In this document: positions 55,627 to 64,000 of the stretch, piece by piece
How the letters are laid out: the number at the start of each line of letters is the position of its first letter
Numbering within the stretch: position 1 is the stretch's first letter
Virus record (IMG/VR): IMGVR_UViG_3300011261_000157
Location: 4,589 to 68,588 of that record
Strand: one strand, 5' to 3'
Length of the DNA: 64,000 nt
From: a virus
Position numbers and translations under genes: made by a program
Notes under the pieces: model-generated
What the model was told of the DNA's origin: nothing
Databases searched by the model: none
Seen by the model: only the letters and a program-made list of their open reading frames with translations

Positions 55627-57348
55627 CTAACCTTCGCATGATTTACAATCTGAATCATCCTGCTTAACGCTGATCCCACTTGTAGACTTACAGTAATATA
55701 GTGTCTTAACACCTAACTCCCAAGCTAGTAAGTGAACATCATTGAAGTACTTAGGGTTACAGTCAAACGGGAAGAACACGTTCAGAGACTGTGATTGACA
55801 GATGTACTTTTGACGTTGAGCCGCCTGCTGGATAATAGCCTTCTGATTAATCTCATAAGCTGTCTTAAACACTTCCTTTTCAACTTCAGTCAACTCTTCC
55901 ATATGCTGGACACTTCCACTATTGGAGATGATTGATTTCCACACCTTATCATTATTCAAACCTTTAGACTCCAGTAGAACTTCCAAGTGCTTAGACTTAC
56001 GTATGAACGTACCCTTACCAGTTACGTCAGTGTAAGCGGTGGCCGTATAAGGCTCGATACCGGCTGACACGTCCCCACAGATAATGGAGTTAGACTTAGT
56101 AGGAGCTACGGCTAACAAGTGAGTGTTGTACATACCAGTACCTACGCACCACTCAGGTTCAAATCTCTGAGCTGCTAATTCACGACTAGCTTGAGTAGAC
56201 TCGTCCTTGATAAGTTTGAAGATCTCATTGTTAGCTTGCATGGCTTGAAATGATTCAAAAGGGATCATACGATCCATCAAGTAAGTATGCCACCCCATAA
56301 CACCTAGACCTAAAGCTCTACCTTTGATGGCCGAGCGCACAGTGTTCTCCATGTAAGGTAGGTACTGAGCTTTATCAATGAACTCATCTAGAACGCCGTT
56401 AAGGAAGTAGATAGCTAAGGCAGGTAAACTCAATCCTGAGTGAGTACCTCTCCAATCTTTCCATACATCATACTCAGCTAGATTAAGCGAAGATAAACAA
56501 CATACGAATGAGTGAAGCGGGTCGGTGTGTAGTGTGATCTCAGAACATATATTAGTAGCTGAGACCTCAAGTCCATGCTTGCGATAAGCCAGTGGACTAT
56601 TTCGGTTAACTGTATCAGAGAACATGATGTAAGGTTCGCCCGTCTCAATTCTAGACTTCATTAACTCAGTCCATTTAAGCCTGGCACCGATATCGCCGTT
56701 CTTGACCTTATGCATAAATTCATCAGACACAGTAGCGCAGTGGTGGAGATTCAAGCACTGCCTATTCACATCCCCTTCAGGACGACGCATCTTGATGAAC
56801 TCTCCGAAGTCTTGATGTTCAATTGATAGATTGATAGAGGCTGACCCTCTGCGCACTTCACCTTGCTTAGAAGCTAGGATAGCACTATCATAGACCTTGG
56901 CAAAGGGGACAATACCTTCAGACTTGCCGTTCTTACCACCTTTGATAGCAGATCCGCGAGGACGTAGACGTTGCATAGACACGCCTACCCCACCTCCGAA
57001 TTTAGTCAACATAGCTAACTCACCTAGTCCGCGCCCCATGATATCTTCCATTCGATCATCAAGGTCGATAGTGAAGCATGAGATAGGTAAGCCGCGATCG
57101 GTACCTAGGTTAGACAGAACAGGGGAAGCTGGACCCAACCAGTTCATATTGAACATTACGTAGAATAGATCCTGTTTGATATCATCGGAGAAGCTACCAG
57201 ACTTACAAGCTGCACGAGCTACCCTACGGTACATGGCCTTAGGTGTTTCGCCTGGCTGCAAGTAACCTTTAGATACAGTAGTGTAACTCTCTTCAGTATA
57301 CCAATTAGGAGCTTCACCTGCGGCTTTTAATTTATCTAGTTCAGACAT
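55627..57348 (-). CDS. nrdA: ribonucleotide reductase class Ia alpha subunit
   Basis: PISCF, GGGVG, TNICSEI (NxCxE), CCLSSLNL, GLGVMG, APT, KTLYY, C-terminal CKSCEG; no ATP cone. Confidence 0.95.
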   Translation of the reverse strand: MSELDKLKAAGEAPNWYTEESYTTVSKGYLQPGETPKAMYRRVARAACKSGSFSDDIKQDLFYVMFNMNWLGPASPVLSNLGTDRGLPISCFTIDLDDRMEDIMGRGLGELAMLTKFGGGVGVSMQRLRPRGSAIKGGKNGKSEGIVPFAKVYDSAILASKQGEVRRGSASINLSIEHQDFGEFIKMRRPEGDVNRQCLNLHHCATVSDEFMHKVKNGDIGARLKWTELMKSRIETGEPYIMFSDTVNRNSPLAYRKHGLEVSATNICSEITLHTDPLHSFVCCLSSLNLAEYDVWKDWRGTHSGLSLPALAIYFLNGVLDEFIDKAQYLPYMENTVRSAIKGRALGLGVMGWHTYLMDRMIPFESFQAMQANNEIFKLIKDESTQASRELAAQRFEPEWCVGTGMYNTHLLAVAPTKSNSIICGDVSAGIEPYTATAYTDVTGKGTFIRKSKHLEVLLESKGLNNDKVWKSIISNSGSVQHMEELTEVEKEVFKTAYEINQKAIIQQAAQRQKYICQSQSLNVFFPFDCNPKYFNDVHLLAWELGVKTLYYCKSTSGISVKQDDSDCKSCEG

Positions 57349-58313
57349 TATGAGTCTCCGAATAGGTTGTCGATATTGAAATTAACCTTGGAATATTCAA
57401 CTACTCTTGAGCTGAAGAAGTCAGTGTTAGAGATACCGCCGGATACATTATCAAACCAGCTCATCCTGTCTAAGGCTGCTTGGTCGATATTCTTCCAGTT
57501 GGACTTGAGGCCGATCTCTCTAAGTTTAGAGTTAGCTCGCTCTCTGATGTATTGCTTAAGGTCTTTAGGGTCTAACCCTCTAACTACGCCGAGGCTGAAG
57601 CATTGATCAATGAAATTATCTTCCAGTTGAACGGAAAGCCTGGCAGCGTCATAAATGCTCTTCTTAAGATCTTTAGTAAGTAACTTAGGGTTCTCGCTGA
57701 TCAAGGTATTGAATAGCCAACACCCTGCTTGAGAGTGGAGCTGCTCATCTCTGATACTCCACGCTACGATATTCTTGACGCCCATAAGTAAGTTATAACG
57801 AGATAGTCCCGTTAAGATTGCGAATGAACTGAACAGGTTCACACCCTCAGTGAAGGCGCTAAACACAGCTAGTGAACAGGCTATGTCGGCCTTAGAATTG
57901 CCCCTAACAGCTTTCAAAGCATCTAACTTAGCTAGGGCGCTAGGGTCTTGGAGGAAGGCACTGTAATTATCAAGCCCCAAAGTATCATTTAAGTAAGCAT
58001 AGCCCACTTGATGAATTGACTCCATAGAGGCAAATGCACTACACATCAGTTGTATCTCAGGCTTGGGGAACCATTTGCTCACTCGTGTGGCCCAATACTC
58101 GTTAACATATATTTCAGTTTGAGTGAACGACTTAAGCACATTACCTAGTACTAACTTCTCACTCTCAGTCAACTCACTGTCCCAGTCTTGTAGGTCTTTC
58201 GACATAGATACCTCTGAGGGTAGCCAGTGGTTGTTTTGTTGTTTTTCCCAGAACTCGAAAGCTCTGTCATATTCAAAAGGCTTATATACATCACGTTGCG
58301 ATGTTAGGCTCAA
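57348..58313 (-). CDS. nrdB: ribonucleotide reductase class Ia beta subunit
   Basis: YKPFEY, WLPSEV...D..DW, MESIHQVGY, EGVNLFSSF, RDEQLH, DFF; TTG start after AAGGAG (track start 58382). Confidence 0.93.
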   Translation of the reverse strand: MSLTSQRDVYKPFEYDRAFEFWEKQQNNHWLPSEVSMSKDLQDWDSELTESEKLVLGNVLKSFTQTEIYVNEYWATRVSKWFPKPEIQLMCSAFASMESIHQVGYAYLNDTLGLDNYSAFLQDPSALAKLDALKAVRGNSKADIACSLAVFSAFTEGVNLFSSFAILTGLSRYNLLMGVKNIVAWSIRDEQLHSQAGCWLFNTLISENPKLLTKDLKKSIYDAARLSVQLEDNFIDQCFSLGVVRGLDPKDLKQYIRERANSKLREIGLKSNWKNIDQAALDRMSWFDNVSGGISNTDFFSSRVVEYSKVNFNIDNLFGDS

Positions 58314-58350
58314 ATCGAACTCCTTGATTGAATGTTTATTAATTGGGAGC

Positions 58351-58977
58351 TTACTTACCGCTCCAGTGGAAACCTTTCTCATCGACTCTCAGGACTTCAA
58401 AGCGAACGCGCCCTTCATCGATGTTCTTCTTGATTCTATTCTGTTTAGGTGTAAGCTTAGCCTCTCCGGTCTTGACTTCCACGAATACTACTTCATCTTC
58501 TTCAAAGCAGATTAAGTCGATAGGCTGGAGTAAGGACTTGGTTTCTTTACGATTGTATTTGAACTCGTCATTGAAGAACACGAACTGCTCACCTATCTGA
58601 CCCATTTTAACTCTGTTACTTATCTGCTTACCTCTAGACTCTTCAAACTTAACTGTCACTTCATCTAATTGAGTTCGTAACTCTGCCATCTGAGTAGTTA
58701 GCTCACTCACTTTATCGGCGTGTACTTGCTTAGGGATTGAATTCTCAGGAGTAATCGTCGAGGCTCTGATTGTTTCTAGTTTGGCTTTTACGATGGCCAG
58801 CTCATGTTCAGCCGCTAGGTGATCGTTGAGGTCGCGCTCATGATCCTCAATCGTCTTATCTAAGAGGAGCGCTAGTTGATTAGCTTCTTCTCTTAGTCTT
58901 ACTTTATCTGTATAAGTTTTATATAAATAGAATACCAAGGCTAGGATAGCCAAAGCTACTGAGAAGACCACTTCCAT
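58351..58977 (-). CDS. Holliday junction resolvase-like PD-(D/E)xK endonuclease with N-terminal TM and coiled coil
   Basis: GQIGEQF, PIDLICF, VFVEVKTG..KLT..Q. Confidence 0.8.
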   Translation of the reverse strand: MEVVFSVALAILALVFYLYKTYTDKVRLREEANQLALLLDKTIEDHERDLNDHLAAEHELAIVKAKLETIRASTITPENSIPKQVHADKVSELTTQMAELRTQLDEVTVKFEESRGKQISNRVKMGQIGEQFVFFNDEFKYNRKETKSLLQPIDLICFEEDEVVFVEVKTGEAKLTPKQNRIKKNIDEGRVRFEVLRVDEKGFHWSGK

Positions 58978-58998
58978 GTGATGTCCTTGATTATTTAA

Positions 58999-59163
58999 TT
59001 AGAATATTACTAGGGATACGAACTCGGAATGAGGAGAGTTAAGAGCAGTAGGTGATTCGTAGATCCAATACTCAGCCGCATACTTGCAACTGTTATACCC
59101 TATGTCCCAGCCGCCAGTACACACTTGAAAATAAGTTAAGGCGTAATCAGAGCCAGCTCTCAT
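58999..59163 (-). CDS. xVF-family variant (MRAGSDYA...VSLVIF)
   Basis: Hand-translated, 54 aa. Confidence 0.65.
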   Translation of the reverse strand: MRAGSDYALTYFQVCTGGWDIGYNSCKYAAEYWIYESPTALNSPHSEFVSLVIF

Positions 59164-59298
59164 CTACAGTACCACAATGGAATAACAGTCGGAGTATAGG
59201 GATATGTTATCTTGCGGCCACCAAAACTGAAGTAACCTAGATGGATCTCCAGAGTCAAGCTGAATAGGTCTATATGAAACTTCATACAAGACTATCAT
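59164..59298 (-). CDS. xVF-family variant (MIVLYEVS...YSIVVL)
   Basis: Hand-translated, 44 aa; coupled to next ORF. Confidence 0.5.
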   Translation of the reverse strand: MIVLYEVSYRPIQLDSGDPSRLLQFWWPQDNISLYSDCYSIVVL

Positions 59299-59314
59299 GT
59301 ATCGCAAGGTTGAA

Positions 59315-59671
59315 TTATCTGTTAACACGGCTAACCCCAAACATAATCAATACAGATAACCCAACGCCGTATAAGAAACCCTGAGTAAGGTCATTGTCCT
59401 TGGAGTGGGCGGCTTTAGATTGCTGATTCGCCTGCGCCTTCCAACTATCTCGATCATCAGTAATAGACTTAAGCTGTAGGTCTTTAAGCTCTATTTGCTG
59501 CTTACGCAGCTCACCGTCTCGTAAGTCTTTACGGATATGAGATTCGGTATCATCATTAAAGAAGTAACCCGTACAAGGAGCTTTAGTGCCCACTTGCATA
59601 CGTAAGTAGTTAGGGCAGGCCTGAACTACGGGTAAGGTCATAATAACGATTAAGGCAACTAAAACACGCAT
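59315..59671 (-). CDS. signal-peptide, coiled-coil and C-terminal TM protein (possibly spanin-like)
   Basis: Hydrophobic N- and C-termini. Confidence 0.55.
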   Translation of the reverse strand: MRVLVALIVIMTLPVVQACPNYLRMQVGTKAPCTGYFFNDDTESHIRKDLRDGELRKQQIELKDLQLKSITDDRDSWKAQANQQSKAAHSKDNDLTQGFLYGVGLSVLIMFGVSRVNR

Positions 59672-59802
59672 AAATTAACTCCTGAATCCCTGAGGATCAG
59701 TTCATCTTTAAGATCAAAGTCAACCAATCCCGTAGGACCCATCCAGCAGGTCAGCATTATTATAGTTCCGTAACTAGAATAAGGACGTAGATTAATCATC
59801 AT
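59659..59802 (-). CDS. xVF-terminal microprotein (MMINLRPY...VNLCVF)
   Basis: Hand-translated, 47 aa. Confidence 0.65.
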   Translation of the reverse strand: MMINLRPYSSYGTIIMLTCWMGPTGLVDFDLKDELILRDSGVNLCVF

Positions 59803-59988
59803 CTAAAACACCTGTAAAGTTACATGGTAAGAATTAATGGAGATAGTAGGGGCCTCTATCTTACACATATTAAAGTACACCCAAGGGACTCTACCTGCCG
59901 AGGTAATCAACTCCACCGTATACCCTGAGAGGGCGACTACGCACTGCCTTCGGTAATTAATAGCTATGTCGCCAACATCAAACATCAA
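59803..59988 (-). CDS. xVF-terminal microprotein (...VTLQVF)
   Basis: ORF track. Confidence 0.7.
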   Translation of the reverse strand: MMFDVGDIAINYRRQCVVALSGYTVELITSAGRVPWVYFNMCKIEAPTISINSYHVTLQVF

Positions 59989-60179
59989 AACACCACCAAT
60001 TTAAGACTGTCATACTCAAGAGGTTCCACTATAAAGCCCTGCTCTAATTTAGTATAGAACCATGAATCGGTTACAAAGTTAGCGTACCAAGAAGAACTGA
60101 TATCGAAATCACAGTCAACCCACACATGGTAAGCTTGGTGGTTTACTTCTTCTTTTTCTTCTCGCTGTACTCTGTCCAA
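59985..60179 (-). CDS. xVF-terminal microprotein (...LKLVVF), start uncertain
   Basis: ORF track. Confidence 0.6.
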   Translation of the reverse strand: MDRVQREEKEEVNHQAYHVWVDCDFDISSSWYANFVTDSWFYTKLEQGFIVEPLEYDSLKLVVF

Positions 60180-60397
60180 AAGCCCTCCGCTTCCTCAGGC
60201 TCACTCTCCATAGCTTCTTGGAGGCTGTCAATCTTAACCTGAGCTTCTGAGACTACCTCATCTACTACTTTACTAGATTCACTCTGAACTGTCAAGTCCT
60301 TATCTGCCTTAAGCTGAACATTCTCCTTAGACTTGCGAAGGAGTAAGAAACCTAGACCGCCGATTACAGCGATCAGTAGGGTAATTAGGTTTTCCAT
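60143..60397 (-). CDS. N-terminal TM plus coiled-coil protein
   Basis: ORF track. Confidence 0.6.
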   Translation of the reverse strand: MENLITLLIAVIGGLGFLLLRKSKENVQLKADKDLTVQSESSKVVDEVVSEAQVKIDSLQEAMESEPEEAEGFWTEYSEKKKKK

Positions 60398-61107
60398 TAT
60401 CCGATTCTCCCGTGACTACCGTCTGGGTGGCCGTCGATAGCGTTTTCTAAGATGACAAACTCATCCACTCCGAACTTCTTATGCCAGCCAGCACATAGAC
60501 CTAAAGCATCGTACAAGTCAGACGGAGTACCTCTAAGGTTCCCTGTCACATTACTCTTGATGGTTTTAGGTATCTGATTATCAAACATAGTGTCCATGTA
60601 GTTGATGATCGGAGTCTTATAGTCCCTATCAAACATAGGGCGGCCTTTCTTAGTTCTAAGTTGATTACCTTGACTATCTAGCTTAGGCGTCTTTAGAGGC
60701 TGAAGGCCAATCTGACCGCGCCAGGCAGTAGGTGACATATCTTCTACCCCTAGAGGCATTGATGATACATCGTATAGGCAGGCTTTCATCGCCCCAATCA
60801 TCTCAGGCACTACTAGAGAGTTACCCACTTGACTAGGGTTTACGTGGTATGATTCGTAAATCACGTCTGTAATAGCGTTGATTACGTAGAATTCACAGGT
60901 AATAGCTTGTTGAAGGGTGAAGTATTTCTCACCATTTTCCATATTGTTACCAAACCACATCACACCGAGGCGGCTGATGATACATTTGCGACCTTCCATC
61001 TTGGCGATCACATATCCGGTACAAGTGCTTGATAGATCTAGGAAGAGCCTATAGCAATCTCCCATATCAACTTCTTTAGCTTGATCCATAACTTTTTGAA
61101 TATCCAT
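60397..61107 (-). CDS. RuvC-like Holliday junction resolvase
   Basis: LFLDLSSTCTGY, VIYE, PTAWR, D.YDALGL. Confidence 0.75.
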   Translation of the reverse strand: MDIQKVMDQAKEVDMGDCYRLFLDLSSTCTGYVIAKMEGRKCIISRLGVMWFGNNMENGEKYFTLQQAITCEFYVINAITDVIYESYHVNPSQVGNSLVVPEMIGAMKACLYDVSSMPLGVEDMSPTAWRGQIGLQPLKTPKLDSQGNQLRTKKGRPMFDRDYKTPIINYMDTMFDNQIPKTIKSNVTGNLRGTPSDLYDALGLCAGWHKKFGVDEFVILENAIDGHPDGSHGRIG

Positions 61108-61126
61108 AGTTCCTCCTGAACTTAGG

Positions 61127-61276
61127 TTAAAATACAGTAATTAGTAAGGCTTCGGGGTCAGAGTGGACATCTGAAGATGAATCCGAAACTCTAAGTATAT
61201 AGGATGGCCTCATATCCTTCTCACCTAGATAATCAGAATACTTCCAGCTACGTAGAAAGTAAACTATATGAAACAT
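61127..61276 (-). CDS. xVF-terminal microprotein (MFHIVYFL...LLITVF)
   Basis: Hand-translated, 49 aa. Confidence 0.7.
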   Translation of the reverse strand: MFHIVYFLRSWKYSDYLGEKDMRPSYILRVSDSSSDVHSDPEALLITVF

Positions 61277-61438
61277 CTAAAACACCACTAGAGCAAAGTC
61301 TTCCTGAAACCTCTGAGTAAGACCAGAAGTCCCTATAGACATCGTATGATTTATAGCTCTAGAGTAGAAGTAATTGACCTCCTGACACCATAACTCAACA
61401 GTCCACATGCATATATTATCATCTAATGCACTAGTCAT
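61277..61438 (-). CDS. xVF-terminal microprotein (MTSALDDN...FALVVF)
   Basis: Frame of track ORF 61277..61459. Confidence 0.7.
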   Translation of the reverse strand: MTSALDDNICMWTVELWCQEVNYFYSRAINHTMSIGTSGLTQRFQEDFALVVF

Positions 61439-61940
61439 TCTTAAGCCTCTGTATATCATCTCTCAGTAGCTTCAATTTAGCCTGTAGCTCCTTCATTTCA
61501 GCTAAGTGAGTAGGGTCACTAGGGTTTAAGCTAGAAGCTCTTAAACAGGCTGTCATAGCCTTACGTACAGACTTCACTTCTTGCTCTAGCGCGTATATGG
61601 GAGCCTTCTTAACTACTAGCTTAACTAAGTCATCTTCAGTTTTCAAAGTAGGACTATTGAGTAGTTTCTCTTGCGCCCTCAATTCAGCTAGTTTCTCGCT
61701 ATTGCTTTTAACGCGAGGTACTATGCCTATTAGGTTTTCATGTTTAGTTCGATCCTCAGGGCTTAGACTCCGTAGGTACTCATTGATGCGTTTTACGCCT
61801 CGGTAGAGTTTGGAGTTCTGTCTCTGCTGGATCTTCTGAGGGATTGATAATAAATCTACGACTACTTCATCGTCCCAACTTTCAATCAAGGTGTAGTACC
61901 AGAGCTTGATCTTTAATATAAGAGATTTGATAAATCGCAT
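61431..61940 (-). CDS. hypothetical protein
   Basis: ORF track; AAGGA RBS. Confidence 0.65.
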   Translation of the reverse strand: MRFIKSLILKIKLWYYTLIESWDDEVVVDLLSIPQKIQQRQNSKLYRGVKRINEYLRSLSPEDRTKHENLIGIVPRVKSNSEKLAELRAQEKLLNSPTLKTEDDLVKLVVKKAPIYALEQEVKSVRKAMTACLRASSLNPSDPTHLAEMKELQAKLKLLRDDIQRLKND

Positions 61941-61948
61941 ATGTTTCC

Positions 61949-62101
61949 TTAAAATACAGTTAAAGTATGTAGAGGGTTAATAGCTGAGAAGCCCCCTCGA
62001 TACTTAAGTCCACTTAACCAATAGTAAGCCCAACTTGCCTTCATCCAACCGGAGTGCTCAAGCCCCCTTCGATTAAAAATGAAACCTTGTAGCTCATTCA
62101 T
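61949..62101 (-). CDS. xVF-terminal microprotein (MNELQGFI...HTLTVF)
   Basis: Hand-translated, 50 aa. Confidence 0.7.
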   Translation of the reverse strand: MNELQGFIFNRRGLEHSGWMKASWAYYWLSGLKYRGGFSAINPLHTLTVF

Positions 62102-62275
62102 CTAAAACACCACTAGGGTATTAACAGAAGCCCATCTATTAGACCCTCTGGAGTTTAAGCACTTACGATGGAAGTCTACCAAGACTGCGTACCCTTGTAT
62201 ATACGGACTCCACCTATAGGGGTATGTTTTATTCGCGGTAGAACTATTAATCTCTAATATATAGTTAAAAACCAT
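62102..62275 (-). CDS. xVF-terminal microprotein (MVFNYILE...NTLVVF)
   Basis: Hand-translated, 57 aa. Confidence 0.7.
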   Translation of the reverse strand: MVFNYILEINSSTANKTYPYRWSPYIQGYAVLVDFHRKCLNSRGSNRWASVNTLVVF

Positions 62276-62437
62276 CTAAAACACCAATAAGCTGTGATAG
62301 TGTACATCAGCTTGGATGCGGTCATTTGAGAAACGCTTAAATTCGTACATAGTTTGCTGCCAGCTTCCATACCCTTGAAGATGAGTCATCACTATCAAAG
62401 CATTAAATAGAGGGCTCCCCTTAGCTGAATACGTCAT
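62276..62437 (-). CDS. xVF-terminal microprotein (MTYSAKGS...HSLLVF)
   Basis: Hand-translated, 53 aa. Confidence 0.7.
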   Translation of the reverse strand: MTYSAKGSPLFNALIVMTHLQGYGSWQQTMYEFKRFSNDRIQADVHYHSLLVF

Positions 62438-62614
62438 CTAAAACACCACCAATAGTACAAGCTCAGAGTGCATACTCTCCACGTATGTGCGACCTCTACA
62501 GAGGTAGGCGTGATTAGCTAGGGAGTCCCATAGTGTGTCTCCGTCTTCATGGTAATTTAATAAAGCATTGAAATCATTTATGTCTATTAGGTATTTAATT
62601 GTTCGATCACCCAT
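62438..62614 (-). CDS. xVF-terminal microprotein (MGDRTIKY...VLLVVF)
   Basis: Ends and frame checked by hand, 58 aa. Confidence 0.7.
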   Translation of the reverse strand: MGDRTIKYLIDINDFNALLNYHEDGDTLWDSLANHAYLCRGRTYVESMHSELVLLVVF

Positions 62615-62790
62615 TAAAACACCGCCAGTACGTGAAACTCATCTTCATAGACTATAGATCGATGACCTCTACCTTCTGGTAGCCGTATAAAATCACCCAT
62701 ACACCAATTACTCTCAACTGAGGCATACCCGCTAGCGTCCTTGAAGATACTTAACGGAATATAAGCTGTACACTGTATAGTACGGATCAT
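62614..62790 (-). CDS. xVF-terminal microprotein (MIRTIQCT...HVLAVF)
   Basis: Ends and frame checked by hand, 58 aa. Confidence 0.7.
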   Translation of the reverse strand: MIRTIQCTAYIPLSIFKDASGYASVESNWCMGDFIRLPEGRGHRSIVYEDEFHVLAVF

Positions 62791-63048
62791 CTAAATCAAC
62801 CCCGCTATAACATCAGCTATAACTACAGCGCCAGTACATACGCTTACAATCAAGCTCAATAGAACTACCCTAAGTAGTCCTTCTTGCGTGTTTGATAGTG
62901 ATACGTTGAATCTCTCTGAAGCTGTCTCATCGCCTTTATCATATAGATCTAGATCTACTTGCTGGCTCTCATTAAGCGTAAAGCCGAATACAAAAGCCGA
63001 CACAACCATGATAGCAAGGGACACAAGTGTAACATCGTGTAAATTCAT
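62791..63048 (-). CDS. two-TM membrane protein
   Basis: ORF track; two hydrophobic segments. Confidence 0.6.
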   Translation of the reverse strand: MNLHDVTLVSLAIMVVSAFVFGFTLNESQQVDLDLYDKGDETASERFNVSLSNTQEGLLRVVLLSLIVSVCTGAVVIADVIAGLI

Positions 63049-63146
63049 AATTACCTCAGTAAGTAGTCAACAACAGTAGCAATCAGCCAGGCGGTGCCGA
63101 AGATGATCAATACGGACTTAAGTAAATGTCGGATTCTAAACCACAT

Positions 63147-63296
63147 CTAAAACACTCCTAGTGAGTAGCCCCAATCATAGGCGAACATCCTGTAGCGGTC
63201 TTTAGACCTCCACATATAGGCTGCATTGGGATTAGACCAGTAACAGTGGCTGAAACTATCCCTATCAACTACTAGTACAGAGATCCGATCATCCAT
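63147..63296 (-). CDS. xVF-terminal microprotein (MDDRISVL...YSLGVF)
   Basis: Ends and frame checked by hand, 49 aa. Confidence 0.7.
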   Translation of the reverse strand: MDDRISVLVVDRDSFSHCYWSNPNAAYMWRSKDRYRMFAYDWGYSLGVF

Positions 63297-63458
63297 CTAA
63301 AACACCGTCAAGTTATGCAAGTCAGAGGAGACTCGGGTGTAGATACCTTCTAACCCTTGGTACCTTCTGTGGTACATTAGGCTATAGCTCTTTCTAATCT
63401 TCCACTTTACAGATAGTAAATGCACGTAGTATAGTCTCTCAGGGAAAACGGAATACAT
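63297..63458 (-). CDS. xVF-terminal microprotein (MYSVFPER...HNLTVF)
   Basis: Ends and frame checked by hand, 53 aa. Confidence 0.7.
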   Translation of the reverse strand: MYSVFPERLYYVHLLSVKWKIRKSYSLMYHRRYQGLEGIYTRVSSDLHNLTVF

Positions 63459-63649
63459 CAAAACACCGCCAGTTGACTACGATGAACCCAGAAACTAGCT
63501 CCGTAAGAGGATAGACTACCTAGCCGGTAGGGAATTTCCAAATTGGCTGCCCACCCCTCTAAAGTAAACTCACCGGAAAACTCAATGGGGCTCCTACATA
63601 GCTTAGGTAACCTAACATACTGACTCACCATACACCCTCCACTTACCAT
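63458..63649 (-). CDS. xVF-terminal microprotein (...SQLAVF)
   Basis: Frame of track ORF 63458..63712; start chosen after end of upstream gene. Confidence 0.65.
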   Translation of the reverse strand: MVSGGCMVSQYVRLPKLCRSPIEFSGEFTLEGWAANLEIPYRLGSLSSYGASFWVHRSQLAVF

Positions 63650-63653
63650 CTTA

Positions 63654-64000
63654 CTACTTCTTTTTCGATTTGTCAACTCGCTTAGTGAAGATGTACTCTC
63701 TAAGCTCCACATTGGTAGTGAAAAGCTCGTGTAATCGAGGTGTTACAAGGCGGACGATCTGCTCTTCTATCTCAGAAGAAGCCCCCTCCATCTTGCTAGT
63801 CGTGTCAATGATATCCTCAAGTACCACGTGCATACACTCATGTAGCAGTGTGTCTTTAATCACCTGCTCCGAGTAGTTCTTACAGGTGATATTGATTTCT
63901 CTGACGGACTTGTGAGTCTCTCCGTGAGACTCACTTTCCACCTCTAGGTAGTTAACCTTCCAATCGAACGTCCCCAGCTTAAAGTGCGTGGGGCGCTTAG
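63654..64000 (-). CDS. HExxH metallopeptidase-like phage protein, partial (start beyond right edge)
   Basis: TLLHECMHVVLE...EEQIV; frame open to window end. Confidence 0.6.
   Translation of the reverse strand, partial: KRPTHFKLGTFDWKVNYLEVESESHGETHKSVREINITCKNYSEQVIKDTLLHECMHVVLEDIIDTTSKMEGASSEIEEQIVRLVTPRLHELFTTNVELREYIFTKRVDKSKKK

Noticed and set aside
56897-58600. Plus-strand ORFs overlapping nrdA/nrdB and the resolvase
   Set aside because: Antisense shadows of conserved genes
347-63649. Stop-codon reassignment joining the short ORFs into long genes
   Set aside because: Successive ORFs change frame (TAATG, TGATG overlaps), all three stops are used, and core genes are intact under code 11
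1-64000. tRNA/rRNA genes
   Set aside because: No cloverleaf with T-arm GTTCGA and D-arm signatures, and no rRNA-like sequence, recognised by eye; tRNAscan-SE would be decisive

Overview
This window is part of a large tailed phage with a contractile (myovirus-type) tail, read in the standard code. The + strand carries a sigma-region-4/HTH regulator, terminase, portal, scaffold, major capsid, neck, tail sheath, three tail-tube paralogs, a frameshifted tail chaperone, tape measure, baseplate, fibres and an M15 endolysin. The right end, mostly on the - strand, carries class Ia ribonucleotide reductase (nrdB-nrdA), two Holliday-junction-resolvase-like nucleases and small hypotheticals. The most striking feature is about 64 short ORFs (about 40-85 aa) that I counted by hand. 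They are largely unrelated in sequence but end in the same C-terminal motif, hydrophobic-x-Val-Phe-stop (mostly L-[A/V/T/G/Q]-V-F). They occur singly or in tandem arrays of up to 7, on both strands, often with overlapping stop/start codons and behind sigma70-type promoters, and are wedged between essential tail and baseplate genes. Also seen: a probable -1 frameshift (A_AAA_AAG) fusing a basic protein to the putative small terminase, a P2-like T6G tail-chaperone frameshift, and a roughly 330-nt highly structured non-coding region. All product calls come from motifs and synteny only; no database search was run.
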